Shown here: positions 8,363 to 18,482 of the stretch, piece after piece
Layout: every line of letters starts with the position of its first letter
How positions within the stretch are numbered: position 1 is the first letter of the stretch
Assembly (NCBI GenBank): GCA_964640055.1
Contig: CAZXFH010000001.1
Span: 6,744 to 70,743, forward strand
Direction of reading: 5' to 3'
Length of the DNA stretch: 64,000 nucleotides
DNA from: an uncultured bacterium
GTDB taxonomy: Bacteria > Fidelibacterota > UBA2242 > JAFGTP01
The notes under the pieces: model-generated
What the model saw: only the letters and a program-made list of their open reading frames with translations
Database searches by the model: none
What the model was told of the DNA's origin: nothing
Translations under genes and position numbers: made by a program

Positions 8363-10057
8363 TTGATGAACCAAGAAAACATGAACCGCTGGCAGGTTGA
8401 TGCGAAAGGCTTGAACTATTTTCCAATAGTCAAAAGAGGACTGGAAATCATCCGGGACCCTTTACTAAATAAAGGAACCGCTTTTTCCAAGCGTGAACGG
8501 GATGAGCTGGGCTTGCAAGGCCTGGTACCGCCGCACCAATCAACTGTGGAGGAACAATTAAAGCGGGTTAAAGGTAACTATGAGCGGAAAAATACAGATA
8601 TTGGTAAATATATATTCTTAGAGGCCTTACATGACCGTAACGAAAACCTTTACTATCGGTTATTACTGGAAAATTTAGAAGAGATGACTCCCATTGTTTA
8701 TACTCCTACCGTTGGTCAAGCCTGTCAGGAATATGGTAATATCTATCGAAGAGCCAGGGGAATGTATATTGCTTCCCATATGAGAGGAAAAATTGATAAA
8801 TGCATCAGAAACTGGCCCGAAGATAATATTGATGTGATTGTTGTAACTGATGGCAGCCGCATACTGGGATTGGGTGATTTAGGGGCAAGCGGGATCGGAA
8901 TTCCTATCGGAAAGTTATCGCTTTACGTGGCTTGCGCCGGCATATATCCTTCAAAAACCCTGCCCATTGTCATTGATGTAGGGACTAATAATGAGAAATT
9001 CTTAAAGGATCCCCTCTATTTGGGAGAGCGTCATCCCCGTCTGACGGGTGATGAATATTTTGATCTTATTGACGAATTTATATCTGCCGCCCATCGGCGC
9101 TGGCCTAAAGCACTAATCCAATTTGAAGACTTTACCAATGATAATGCCTTTAAATTACTGGAAAGGTACCGTTATAAATTGTTGTCTTTCAACGATGATA
9201 TTCAGGGAACGGGCGGAGTAGCCTTAGCCGGATTACTGGCCTCTCTAAGGATAACCAAAGAAAAACTAACCGATCAACGCATCGTATTTTTAGGAGCGGG
9301 TTCAGCAGCAGTAGGTATCGCAGATATGATCGTGGCCGGAATGCAGGAAGAAGGGCTTAGCAATAAAGAAGCACGTGAACGATTTTGGTTCCTGGATAGC
9401 AAAGGTCTGGTTACGCACCAACGCAAAGATAAATTAGCCGAACATAAATTACCCTATGCTCGTAAAGAGAAGTTTATCAAAACCCTGGTAGATGTGGTGG
9501 ATGCAGTAAAACCTACTGTATTAATTGGAGTCAGTAAACAACCGGGCGCCTTCAATGAAAATGTTATTAAAACAATGCAAAAACATGTAGAGCACCCCAT
9601 CATCTTTGCGCTTTCAAATCCCACTTCCAAATCTGAATGCACAGCTCAACAAGCCTATGAGTGGACAAATGGTAAGGTAATCTTTGCCAGTGGCAGTCCT
9701 TTTAAACCGGTCACCTATAAAGGAACGACCTATGAAATCGGACAAGGAAATAATATGTATATTTTTCCGGGCGTTGGTCTGGGCGCTGTGGCTTGTCGGG
9801 CGATAAAGATAACCGACTCTATGTTCTACGCCGGTGCGAAAGCCTTGGCTGAACTTGTAGACCAAAAAACCTTGAATAAAGGCAAAGTATATCCTGACTT
9901 AAAAAACATTAGAGACATCTCTGCTGAAATTGCTACTGCAGTTTGTCGGGTCGCTTATGCGGAAGGATTAGCCTGGGAAAAAGAACCAGAAGATATAAAT
10001 GAATTCGTAAAAAGCAAAACCTACAATCCAATTTATTTACCCTATAAAGCAATCTAA
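8363..10057 (+). CDS. maeA: NAD-dependent malic enzyme (large, eukaryote-like form)
   Basis: N-terminal LNKGTAFSKRERDELGLQGLVPP and the FNDDIQGTGGVALAG and LGAGSAAVGIA motifs. 564 aa. Confidence 0.85.
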   Translation: MMNQENMNRWQVDAKGLNYFPIVKRGLEIIRDPLLNKGTAFSKRERDELGLQGLVPPHQSTVEEQLKRVKGNYERKNTDIGKYIFLEALHDRNENLYYRLLLENLEEMTPIVYTPTVGQACQEYGNIYRRARGMYIASHMRGKIDKCIRNWPEDNIDVIVVTDGSRILGLGDLGASGIGIPIGKLSLYVACAGIYPSKTLPIVIDVGTNNEKFLKDPLYLGERHPRLTGDEYFDLIDEFISAAHRRWPKALIQFEDFTNDNAFKLLERYRYKLLSFNDDIQGTGGVALAGLLASLRITKEKLTDQRIVFLGAGSAAVGIADMIVAGMQEEGLSNKEARERFWFLDSKGLVTHQRKDKLAEHKLPYARKEKFIKTLVDVVDAVKPTVLIGVSKQPGAFNENVIKTMQKHVEHPIIFALSNPTSKSECTAQQAYEWTNGKVIFASGSPFKPVTYKGTTYEIGQGNNMYIFPGVGLGAVACRAIKITDSMFYAGAKALAELVDQKTLNKGKVYPDLKNIRDISAEIATAVCRVAYAEGLAWEKEPEDINEFVKSKTYNPIYLPYKAI

Positions 10058-10185
10058 GTAGCGGAGTATATTCAAATGTTTTTAACTAAATAATTAATAT
10101 TATTCAATGATTAAATACCGGGAATTTAAAATAATTCAATGGCTGAGGCTATATATATTAAACAAAATTAATTAAGGGGGTAATT

Positions 10186-11913
10186 ATGTCAAGCTTACCA
10201 AGTTATCAATTTTATGATGACATAAAAGAAATGTCACCTCCACGGGCAATCGCAGAAACGATCATGTTAAATCCTAAGATACGTAAAGTCACTCCGGCAG
10301 AGGCCTATGAGATGGCCTTGAAACAGCCAGGCATTGCCGTAACCGATCTTGACATCTATCCACCTTTTGCAGAAAAATTAGGCCTACCTCACGGTTCGAA
10401 AGTACTCAATGATTGTCATGGAAAAATTATTGGACGCACAGCAAAAGCACGTCGCTTTTATAATCGTATCTCAGAAAGTGAAAAGCACAAAGTAGAGGGT
10501 GATTTACGGGAGGCGGTCTATCAGATAGAACATTACGAGCTGATTAAAGCCGAAGCGGTCCTGGGTCTTGATCCCGATTTGATGCTGAAAGCCACTTTTA
10601 TTACAACTGCCGGCGATGCCAACAATATGTTCAACTGGTTGACTAATTTCGCACCTTTTGACCTGATGGCTGAAAAATATGCAAATAGTAATCCCTTACC
10701 TATTCAGGACATTATTATAGTGGCCTTTAATGATTGGACCTGCGAAGATCCTTATTACCATAATGTAGGCGCCCCCCAATTAGCACTAGTCGATGAAAAA
10801 CATAATGTGATCTTTAACTTGGGAATGCGTTATTTTGGTGAACGTAAAAAAGGCACCCTCACCCTGGCCTGGACATCAGGAATGCGTCTGGGAATGGCCG
10901 CCTGTCATGGCGGAATAAAAGAAATCGACTTTTCTGACTGTGCGCCCCAGCATAAACAGCTGGGTAAGAAATCTATTGCCTTTTTCGGCCTGTCAGGAAC
11001 GGGTAAATCCTCACACACTAATTCACCGGATAACGGAGGTACATTACCCGAAGGATTTAAAAAAGCGGTTTTACATGATGATGCCTTCCAGATTGATCCG
11101 AAGGATAAAGTCTGCCGTGTCTGGGAACCATCTCTATTCGATAAAACCGACAGTCGCGGACTCGAACATCCGGAATGGAAATATGCGCTGGCCTTGATGA
11201 ATCATGCCCTTTTAGAAGTGAATGATACCCTCCTACCCCTTGGACTGGATGTGCGGCAAGGTAACGGTCGCGCCTTGTTCGATAGAGACCTGCTAGGTAA
11301 ATGGGTTAACAAATGTACTTTCCCGACTGCCTTAGCTTGGCTAATGAAAGATACTGTTCTACCACCAGTGATCAAATATAATAATAAATACCTGGCGGTG
11401 GCGATGGGTGCTGCTCTGATCACCAAGCGAACCCGGGCTGAAAACGTTACCGAAGAAGAACTTAATAAATTGGTGTTCGAACCTTTTGCCAATCCTTTCC
11501 GAGTTTACGAACTATATAAAGATGTGGAAGCTTTTATAAAGGTCCTGGAAACCGGTGCGGACTGTTACACCTTCAATTCATCCGGTTTCTGGAAGTATTC
11601 AGATCATGATCTGGATGACATTAAACTCCAAACCTCATTGACTATTCAGACAGGCATTCTTACGGATCAATTAGAATGGGAAGATTGGGATCTCCTACCC
11701 GGAGCCATGATTCCCACTAAAGACAGTATTGACCAGCTCATTCCGGGATATTATGAAAAATATCATCCCCGAGATCGAAAACATATGAATATATACATTA
11801 ATACCCTCAAAGACCGTTTTAAACAGCGTCAAGACTTCCTGAAATCCTCTGATCTTAGCACAAAGCCAAAACTGCTGGAAAAATTAGCGGATGCCCTTAA
11901 AATCAAAGCATAA
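10186..11913 (+). CDS. pckA: phosphoenolpyruvate carboxykinase (ATP), divergent
   Basis: Kinase-1a FFGLSGTGKSS and YFGERKKG (PEPCK Y-GE-KKG) motifs. AGGGGG Shine-Dalgarno. Confidence 0.65.
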   Translation: MSSLPSYQFYDDIKEMSPPRAIAETIMLNPKIRKVTPAEAYEMALKQPGIAVTDLDIYPPFAEKLGLPHGSKVLNDCHGKIIGRTAKARRFYNRISESEKHKVEGDLREAVYQIEHYELIKAEAVLGLDPDLMLKATFITTAGDANNMFNWLTNFAPFDLMAEKYANSNPLPIQDIIIVAFNDWTCEDPYYHNVGAPQLALVDEKHNVIFNLGMRYFGERKKGTLTLAWTSGMRLGMAACHGGIKEIDFSDCAPQHKQLGKKSIAFFGLSGTGKSSHTNSPDNGGTLPEGFKKAVLHDDAFQIDPKDKVCRVWEPSLFDKTDSRGLEHPEWKYALALMNHALLEVNDTLLPLGLDVRQGNGRALFDRDLLGKWVNKCTFPTALAWLMKDTVLPPVIKYNNKYLAVAMGAALITKRTRAENVTEEELNKLVFEPFANPFRVYELYKDVEAFIKVLETGADCYTFNSSGFWKYSDHDLDDIKLQTSLTIQTGILTDQLEWEDWDLLPGAMIPTKDSIDQLIPGYYEKYHPRDRKHMNIYINTLKDRFKQRQDFLKSSDLSTKPKLLEKLADALKIKA

Positions 11914-11947
11914 TTTTTCAAACTCACCACTTATTGAGTTTGAAAAA
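11914..11947 (+). terminator. perfect 13-bp inverted repeat (TTTTTCAAACTCA-N8-TGAGTTTGAAAAA) directly after the pckA stop; intrinsic terminator or regulator-binding palindrome
   Basis: All 13 positions pair. The stem is AT-rich and the downstream T-run is weak. Confidence 0.4.
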
Positions 11948-12206
11948 TTGGGCATATCATAACGGACCATTGTTCATAATCACCATTACGGGAATCTATG
12001 GGCTCAACACATAAAATATTTAATTATTATAATTTGGAAGTTAATTATTTCAAGCAATAATATTTGAACGTAAATTGAAGCCGGTTTGTACCTTTATTCA
12101 TTACTAAATTTTTACTTTATTATTAATTCCCTTTTATTTATTTTATACTCAGAATTATGTTATAACGATAGTATTATTTTTAATTAATTAATCAGGGGAG
12201 GACGAA

Positions 12207-13508
12207 ATGTCGACACTAAGAACCAAGCTAAGTAAGCAGATTCCCGCAACCCGTAAAAAAATCCGTAAAGTCGTTAAAGCACACAAGGATGTGATTGTCA
12301 GCACGGTTAATGTAAAGCAGGTCTACGGTGGCATGCGGGGTGTAGTGGGTTTGGTCTGCAACACTTCCTATGTTGATCCCCATCAGGGTTTGATTATTAG
12401 GGGCATACCGGTTAATGATTTGACCGATAAATTGCCTGAAGAAGTCTTTTTCCTTTTGTCAACCGGTGATCTACCGTCAAAAAATGATTTAAAGGATCTT
12501 CAAGAGGAGCTGAATCTGCGTGCAGAAGTACCGGATCATGTCTGGGATATCTTACTTGCCATGCCCCGGGATTCCCATCCTATGACAATGCTGAGTACGG
12601 CTATTTTGGCTTTAGAAAATGGCTCTATTTTCAAAGAAAAATATTCAGCCGGATTAAGAAAAGCTGATTTTTGGGAAGCGACCCTTGATGACTGTTTAGA
12701 ATTAATCGGGAAATTACCTTCTATCGCCGCCGGTATTTACCGGATCCGTTTTGCCAAGGGTGAACTGATTCCCTATGACCCCTCCCTGGATTGGGGTGCT
12801 AACTATGCCCATATGTTAGGCATACCTGATCCCAATGGTGAATTTGCGGATTTAATGCGTTTATATCTAGTCCTCCATTGTGACCATGAAGGGGGTAATG
12901 TGAGTGCCTTTACTTCCCAGGTCGTCAACTCAGCCTTATCCAATATCTATTATGCCACCTCGGCTGGTTTGAATGGTCTGGCCGGGCCTCTCCATGGATT
13001 AGCTAATCAGGAATGTTTAAAATTCGTCCATTCGATTCATGAAAAGTTCCATGGGGTACCTACTAAAAAAGAGTTGGCAGAATTTGTTTGGTCAACTTTA
13101 AACCTTGGTAAAGTAGTACCCGGATATGGTCATGCTGTGCTCCGGGCCACCGATCCCAGGTTTACGGCATTCCATAAATTTGGTGACCAATATTGTAAGG
13201 ATGATGATGTATTTCAAATTGTCAGTAGACTATTTGAAATCGTACCCGGAATATTAAAAGAATACGGTGGCGGTAAAGTTGCAGATCCCTATCCCAATGT
13301 AGATGCTATCTCCGGATGCTTGTTACATCATTATGGATTGACCATGTTCGACTATTACACGGTTCTTTTTGGGGTATCCCGCATTTTGGGCTTTTGTGCT
13401 CAGGCGATTCTGGCCCGCGGATTACAAGCACCTATTATCAGGCCAAAAACAGTAACCAATGAATGGATCGAAGAAAAAATAAAAGAGGCAACCAAAAAGA
13501 AAAAATAA
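12207..13508 (+). CDS. gltA: citrate synthase, eukaryote/mitochondrial-like type I
   Basis: VYGGMRG..., GYGHAVLRATDPR and HCDHEGGNVSA motifs. GGGGAGG Shine-Dalgarno. Confidence 0.85.
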   Translation: MSTLRTKLSKQIPATRKKIRKVVKAHKDVIVSTVNVKQVYGGMRGVVGLVCNTSYVDPHQGLIIRGIPVNDLTDKLPEEVFFLLSTGDLPSKNDLKDLQEELNLRAEVPDHVWDILLAMPRDSHPMTMLSTAILALENGSIFKEKYSAGLRKADFWEATLDDCLELIGKLPSIAAGIYRIRFAKGELIPYDPSLDWGANYAHMLGIPDPNGEFADLMRLYLVLHCDHEGGNVSAFTSQVVNSALSNIYYATSAGLNGLAGPLHGLANQECLKFVHSIHEKFHGVPTKKELAEFVWSTLNLGKVVPGYGHAVLRATDPRFTAFHKFGDQYCKDDDVFQIVSRLFEIVPGILKEYGGGKVADPYPNVDAISGCLLHHYGLTMFDYYTVLFGVSRILGFCAQAILARGLQAPIIRPKTVTNEWIEEKIKEATKKKK

Positions 13509-13530
13509 AGGAAAGGAAAAGCAAACCGCT

Positions 13531-15465
13531 ATGCCCCAAAATCTTGTGCAAAAAATTCTGGCGGCCCATCGGGTATCCGGTAAACTAAAGGTTGACGAAA
13601 CCATTGGTATAAAAATAGACCAAACTCTCACTCAGGATGCCACTGGTACAATGGCCTATCTGGAATTCGAAGCCATGAACATATCTGAAATAAAGACGGA
13701 ATTATCAGTCAGTTATGTTGATCACAACACCATACAAATAGGATTTGAAAACGCCGATGATCACCGCTATTTAATGTCTGTTGCTGAAAAATATGGTATA
13801 TATTATTCTAAAGCCGGTAATGGGATTTGCCACCAGGTACATTTGGAAAGATTTGGTCTGCCTGGAAAAACCTTATTAGGCTCAGACAGTCATACACCCA
13901 CGGGTGGTGGTATCGGTATGTTGGCCATTGGTGCCGGAGGACTGGATGTGGCCTGTGCCCTGGCGGGCTTGCCCTTTTACATGCCCTATCCCAAAGTATT
14001 AAATGTCCGCCTTACCGGTCAATTACAACCCTGGGTTACTGCCAAAGATATTATTCTGTATTTACTGGAATTACTTTCTACCAAGGGCAATGTAGGCTGG
14101 ATGATTGAATTTAGTGGCCCGGGGGTAAAAACGCTTAGTGTCCCCGAACGGGCCACCATAACAAATATGGGAGCTGAGCTGGGCGTAACGTGTTCCTTGT
14201 TTCCCAGTGATGAAATTACCCGGGCTTTTCTTGAAGCCCAGGAACGGGAGACGGGATGGCGAGCCCTTCAGGCCGACCCGGGCGCCAATTATGACCGTAC
14301 TATTGAAATCGATTTAAGTACACTCGAACCACGATTAGCTACCCCACACAGCCCGGGTAACATAAGCTTGGTAAAAAACCTTGCTGGTAAAAAAGTAGAT
14401 CAGGTTTGCATTGGTAGTTGTACTAACTCATCCTATAAAGATTTAATGACCGTTGCCGAAATGGTACGGGATAAAACTTTACCGGAGCATGTTAGCTTTA
14501 TTGTAGCGCCTGGATCCCGACAGGTATTTGATATGATCGTCAGAGATGGCGGTATGTCCAGCCTGATAGGCTTCGGCGCTCGTATTATGGAGTCCACCTG
14601 CGGTTTTTGTATCGGTAATGGACAAGCGCCAGGTACCGATGCTATATCCATTCGCACCAATAACCGTAATTTTAAAGGGCGTTCTGGTAATCCCAATGCA
14701 CAGGTCTTTTTAGCCAGCCCGGAAACCGCCGCCGCCTGCGCAATTCAGGGTGCTATCACCGATCCTCGCGATATGGGGAGGCCTCCCAAAATAGAAATAC
14801 CGCACAAATTTACCATTGATGATAGTATGATTCTGTATACCCAGAACAAAAATCAGGACATTCAACGGGGACCTAATATCGGGGATCCACCTAAAAATGA
14901 GCCACTCCCTTCTATTTTATCCGGAGAAATTGCGCTTAAAGTAGGCGATAAAATCACTACCGATCATATTATGCCTGCAGGTAATCGCCTAAAATACCGC
15001 TCTAATATACCCAAATATTCCGACTTTGTGTTCGAACCTATCGATACCACCTTTCCGGATCGCTGTTTAGAAAACAAAAGCGCCGGACAAGCCAATTTTA
15101 TCGTAGCGGGTTGGAGTTATGGACAAGGATCATCGCGGGAACATGCCGCTATATGTCCGGCTTATTTAGGCGTAAAAGCAGTTATTGCCAAGTCCATCGA
15201 AAGGATCCATCGTTCTAATCTAATTAACTTCGGTATTATACCCATAATACTAACCCATGAAGAGGACTATGACCAACTTGAACAAGCAGAAAAACTGGCT
15301 ATCCCTGATATTAAACAATATATAAAAGATAAAGACCTTTTAACCATTAAGAATCTGGATAAGGGATTGGAAATTCAGGTTCATCTGGAGCTGACTTCTC
15401 GGGAACGAGACATCCTGTTGATCGGTGGTTTATTAAATCATATTCGGAAACAGGCCAAGCAATAA
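13531..15465 (+). CDS. acn: aconitate hydratase (aconitase family, 644 aa)
   Basis: GSCTNSSYKDL, SGNRNFKGR and CGFCIGNGQ motifs. Context is citrate synthase then IDH. Confidence 0.75.
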   Translation: MPQNLVQKILAAHRVSGKLKVDETIGIKIDQTLTQDATGTMAYLEFEAMNISEIKTELSVSYVDHNTIQIGFENADDHRYLMSVAEKYGIYYSKAGNGICHQVHLERFGLPGKTLLGSDSHTPTGGGIGMLAIGAGGLDVACALAGLPFYMPYPKVLNVRLTGQLQPWVTAKDIILYLLELLSTKGNVGWMIEFSGPGVKTLSVPERATITNMGAELGVTCSLFPSDEITRAFLEAQERETGWRALQADPGANYDRTIEIDLSTLEPRLATPHSPGNISLVKNLAGKKVDQVCIGSCTNSSYKDLMTVAEMVRDKTLPEHVSFIVAPGSRQVFDMIVRDGGMSSLIGFGARIMESTCGFCIGNGQAPGTDAISIRTNNRNFKGRSGNPNAQVFLASPETAAACAIQGAITDPRDMGRPPKIEIPHKFTIDDSMILYTQNKNQDIQRGPNIGDPPKNEPLPSILSGEIALKVGDKITTDHIMPAGNRLKYRSNIPKYSDFVFEPIDTTFPDRCLENKSAGQANFIVAGWSYGQGSSREHAAICPAYLGVKAVIAKSIERIHRSNLINFGIIPIILTHEEDYDQLEQAEKLAIPDIKQYIKDKDLLTIKNLDKGLEIQVHLELTSRERDILLIGGLLNHIRKQAKQ

Positions 15466-15498
15466 TTATAATCATCATAGGGACTGGAAGGAGCTATT

Positions 15499-16845
15499 AT
15501 GACCTTTAAGAAGTTACAGGAACCCCAGGAGGGTACCAGGATAACCATCCAAAATGGTACAGTTGTAACGCCGGATAATCCCATTATTCCGTTTATCGAA
15601 GGAGATGGGATCGGACCGGATATCTGGCGCGCCACACGAAATATCGTCGATGCGGCGGTCAATAAAATGTACCAGGAACAAAAGAAAATTATCTGGTTTC
15701 AAATTCATGCGGGGCTCTCCGCCCTAAAAAATTATGGTAACGACGATGTCCTACCGGACGATACAATTGAGGCTATTAAAAATTATAAGATTGCAATTAA
15801 AGGGCCTTTAACTACACCCGTTGGTAGATTCGCCTATGTCTGTTTAAAATGTGCTAAAGAACAAGACGGGGAGAATGACAAACGTCCGGTTAAGTGTATT
15901 AAGTGTGGTTCAGAATTTGTAACCCCGCGTTTCCGTTCACTAAATGTTGGTTTGCGTCAAATATTAGATCTGTATGCCTGTGTCCGTCCAGTGCGCTGGT
16001 ACCGCGGCGTTCCCTGTCCGGTAAAACATCCCGAAAAGCTGGATGTGGTCGTATTCAGGGAAAATACAGAAGATGTTTATGCTGGTATTGAATTTGAAGA
16101 AGGATCAAATGAAGCCTTAAAAATCATTGATTTTTTACATCAAGAAATGAATTCTGTAATTTTAAAAGATAGTGGAATTGGAATAAAACCAATTTCTGTG
16201 ACTCGTACAAAACGACTGGTACGCAAAGCGATTGATTATGCCATTGCGCATCATAAACCCAATGTTACGCTCGTCCATAAAGGTAATATTATGAAATTTA
16301 CAGAGGGTGCCTTTCGGGATTGGGGATATGATGTGGCTAAAACTGAGTACCGGGATCAAATTATTACGGAAAATGAACTATGGGATGAATGCAACGGTCA
16401 AATCCCTCAGGGAAAAATCCTGCTTAAAGATAGAATTGCCGATCAGATGTTTCAACAAGTTTTACTGCGTCCGGATGAATACAGTGTAATCGCAACACCC
16501 AATCTAAATGGTGACTATCTATCAGATGCCTGTGCCGCTCAGGTGGGCGGCCTGGGGATTGCTCCGGGTGCTAACCTGGGTGATAAAATTGCCTTGTTCG
16601 AAGCCACGCATGGTACCGCACCTAAATATACTGGCATGGACAAAGTCAATCCTAGTTCGCTGATCCTTTCCAGTGTCATGATGCTGAATCATATCGGTTG
16701 GAGAGAAGCGGCTCAGGTTATCGAAACTGCCTTGGAAACCACTATTTCAAATAAGACAGTAACCTATGATTTGGAACGTCAAATGACCGGTGCTGTAAAA
16801 CTACAGACCTCTGAATTTAGCCAACAGATTATCGAAAACATGTAG
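15499..16845 (+). CDS. icd: NADP-dependent isocitrate dehydrogenase (prokaryotic Icd type) with an inserted CxxC-x13-CxxC element
   Basis: Collinear with Icd throughout ([53 protein letters not shown]). About 30 extra residues follow KGPLTTPVG. Confidence 0.85.
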   Translation: MTFKKLQEPQEGTRITIQNGTVVTPDNPIIPFIEGDGIGPDIWRATRNIVDAAVNKMYQEQKKIIWFQIHAGLSALKNYGNDDVLPDDTIEAIKNYKIAIKGPLTTPVGRFAYVCLKCAKEQDGENDKRPVKCIKCGSEFVTPRFRSLNVGLRQILDLYACVRPVRWYRGVPCPVKHPEKLDVVVFRENTEDVYAGIEFEEGSNEALKIIDFLHQEMNSVILKDSGIGIKPISVTRTKRLVRKAIDYAIAHHKPNVTLVHKGNIMKFTEGAFRDWGYDVAKTEYRDQIITENELWDECNGQIPQGKILLKDRIADQMFQQVLLRPDEYSVIATPNLNGDYLSDACAAQVGGLGIAPGANLGDKIALFEATHGTAPKYTGMDKVNPSSLILSSVMMLNHIGWREAAQVIETALETTISNKTVTYDLERQMTGAVKLQTSEFSQQIIENM

Positions 16846-16860
16846 ATGTGGGAGATTATT

Positions 16861-17532
16861 ATGAAATCCTTGGACAAACTTCTTTCGAAAGCAGAGCAGC
16901 ATAAAATGGAGGGCCGCCTTGATGAGGCTCTAACACTGTATGAAAATATCATCAAAGAGAACCCAGGAAATATTCCCACCTTGATGAATTTGGGCAATCT
17001 ATATTACATATCCGGTGATTTAAAAAAATCCATTCATGCCTATCAGGAAGTACTCAATTTGAAACCCAAGTTCAGCTTCGCTCTCTATAAATTAGGGGTG
17101 GCTTATTATCGGGCAGCCCATTTCAGGGAAGCTATTGAAACGCTCCATAAAGTCTTGAAAGTCGATCCGGAATTATATATGTCTCATTATTGGTTAGGAT
17201 TGTCATATTATCACATTGGCAAGGCTGAAAAAAGTGTGGAATCCTACCAAAACCTATTAAAAGAAAGTAAAGAGGTTTTCCTGGGACATTATTATTTAGC
17301 CATGGCTCTGAAAGCCTCCGGAAAGTACCGGGAAGCCAAACAGCATTTGGAAAAACTTATCGAAGACAATCCCAAGCACAGTTCGGCCCATTACCATTTA
17401 GGCGGGGTCTATATGGCGATCCATGCTATGGACGATGCTATCAAAATGTTTAAGAAGGTACTTGAACTGGATCCTGAACATACGGGCGCTGCTAACAAAC
17501 TGGAATATCTGACCAATGTTCCGCCTATTTAA
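16861..17532 (+). CDS. TPR-repeat protein
   Basis: Repeated TPR-like A..Y...G.Y.EA helices. Start chosen at MKSLDKL with a GGGAG Shine-Dalgarno; the ORF-track ATG at 16846 overlaps the icd stop. Confidence 0.6.
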   Translation: MKSLDKLLSKAEQHKMEGRLDEALTLYENIIKENPGNIPTLMNLGNLYYISGDLKKSIHAYQEVLNLKPKFSFALYKLGVAYYRAAHFREAIETLHKVLKVDPELYMSHYWLGLSYYHIGKAEKSVESYQNLLKESKEVFLGHYYLAMALKASGKYREAKQHLEKLIEDNPKHSSAHYHLGGVYMAIHAMDDAIKMFKKVLELDPEHTGAANKLEYLTNVPPI

Positions 17533-17556
17533 TAAACAAAAATAGATAATATTATT

Positions 17557-18147
17557 ATGGCAATTATATTTATTGGGATTAACGGGAGCCCCAGAAAATA
17601 TAGCAATACCCGCTTTCTATTAGAAAAAGCACTGCATGCTGCGGTTGATTTAGGTGCTCAGGCAACTATTATTGATACCGCTGCAACCCTGGATCAATTA
17701 GACGCACCTTTCTGCGTACATTGCTCCAGTCCTTGTAAACAACAATGTTACCGTGGAACACAGCTCGAGCAGGACTACAAGCTAATCTCTCAAGCAGACG
17801 GAATTATTTTGGCAAGTCCGGTATATTTTGGCACTGTTAGCGCCCAATTAAAAGCCTATTGGGATATGTCACGGGCACTACGGTCCCGAGAATGTCTGTT
17901 GAATACAATCGGGGGGGCCATTGCAGTGGGTGCCTCCCGGTTTGGTGGACAGGAAACAACTATACGTACCTTGCATGACATGATGTTAATCCAGGGAATG
18001 ACTCTGGTAGGCAATGGAATGCAGGGAGTACAGGTAGGGCATCAGGGTGTCTGCGCTCAGCAAGAAACCTTTCATGATGCGGAAGCGATTGCTGATGCTG
18101 AGAGCCTGGGCAAACGGATTTATTACACCATCATGCATACTAAATAA
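17557..18147 (+). CDS. NAD(P)H-dependent FMN reductase-like flavoprotein with a compact Cys motif (iron-sulfur flavoprotein Isf-like)
   Basis: N-terminal IFIGINGSPRKYSNT and the CVHCSSPCKQQC cluster. Confidence 0.55.
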   Translation: MAIIFIGINGSPRKYSNTRFLLEKALHAAVDLGAQATIIDTAATLDQLDAPFCVHCSSPCKQQCYRGTQLEQDYKLISQADGIILASPVYFGTVSAQLKAYWDMSRALRSRECLLNTIGGAIAVGASRFGGQETTIRTLHDMMLIQGMTLVGNGMQGVQVGHQGVCAQQETFHDAEAIADAESLGKRIYYTIMHTK

Positions 18148-18173
18148 ACAGGTCGGTTTCCCAGAATACAACC

Positions 18174-18473
18174 ATGCAGCTGATCATCACAATATCTAAA
18201 ATCAAAGGACATTGTCCTGTTTATGCAATTGGTGATAAGATCGTCTTGGATCAGGGCTACCAAGTAAACCTTAACCAAACCGATAACATCTGTATGCACT
18301 CCCTGGGTGCAATTCTCCCTTACTACAATGCCTTGGCCAAAGGTATTCGACCTCAAGCACTCGGACTTAATAATGACGATTCAAACCGGGCTTTTGTACA
18401 ATGCTCGGATCCCTGCGAATATACGGATGGCGGAACCGTCATTTTTGAAATTAAAGCGGTTAACTGCAAGTAA
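18174..18473 (+). CDS. small Cys-rich protein, TIGR04076-like
   Basis: GHCPVYAIGDKIVLD..., C.HSLGAILPY and CSDPCE resemble the TIGR04076 family pattern. Confidence 0.45.
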   Translation: MQLIITISKIKGHCPVYAIGDKIVLDQGYQVNLNQTDNICMHSLGAILPYYNALAKGIRPQALGLNNDDSNRAFVQCSDPCEYTDGGTVIFEIKAVNCK

Positions 18474-18482
18474 TGGTTTAAA

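Noticed and set aside
10090-10145. Direct repeat ATTCAATG...ATTCAATG upstream of pckA.
   Set aside because: Only 8 bp repeated once in AT-rich promoter DNA. It could be chance.
13531-15465. Alternative reading of the 644-aa aconitase-family protein as a fused LeuC/LeuD isopropylmalate isomerase.
   Set aside because: GSCTNSSY and SGNRNFKGR match aconitase rather than LeuC (GSCTNGR). The citrate synthase / IDH context also favours aconitase. It could not be fully excluded without phylogeny.
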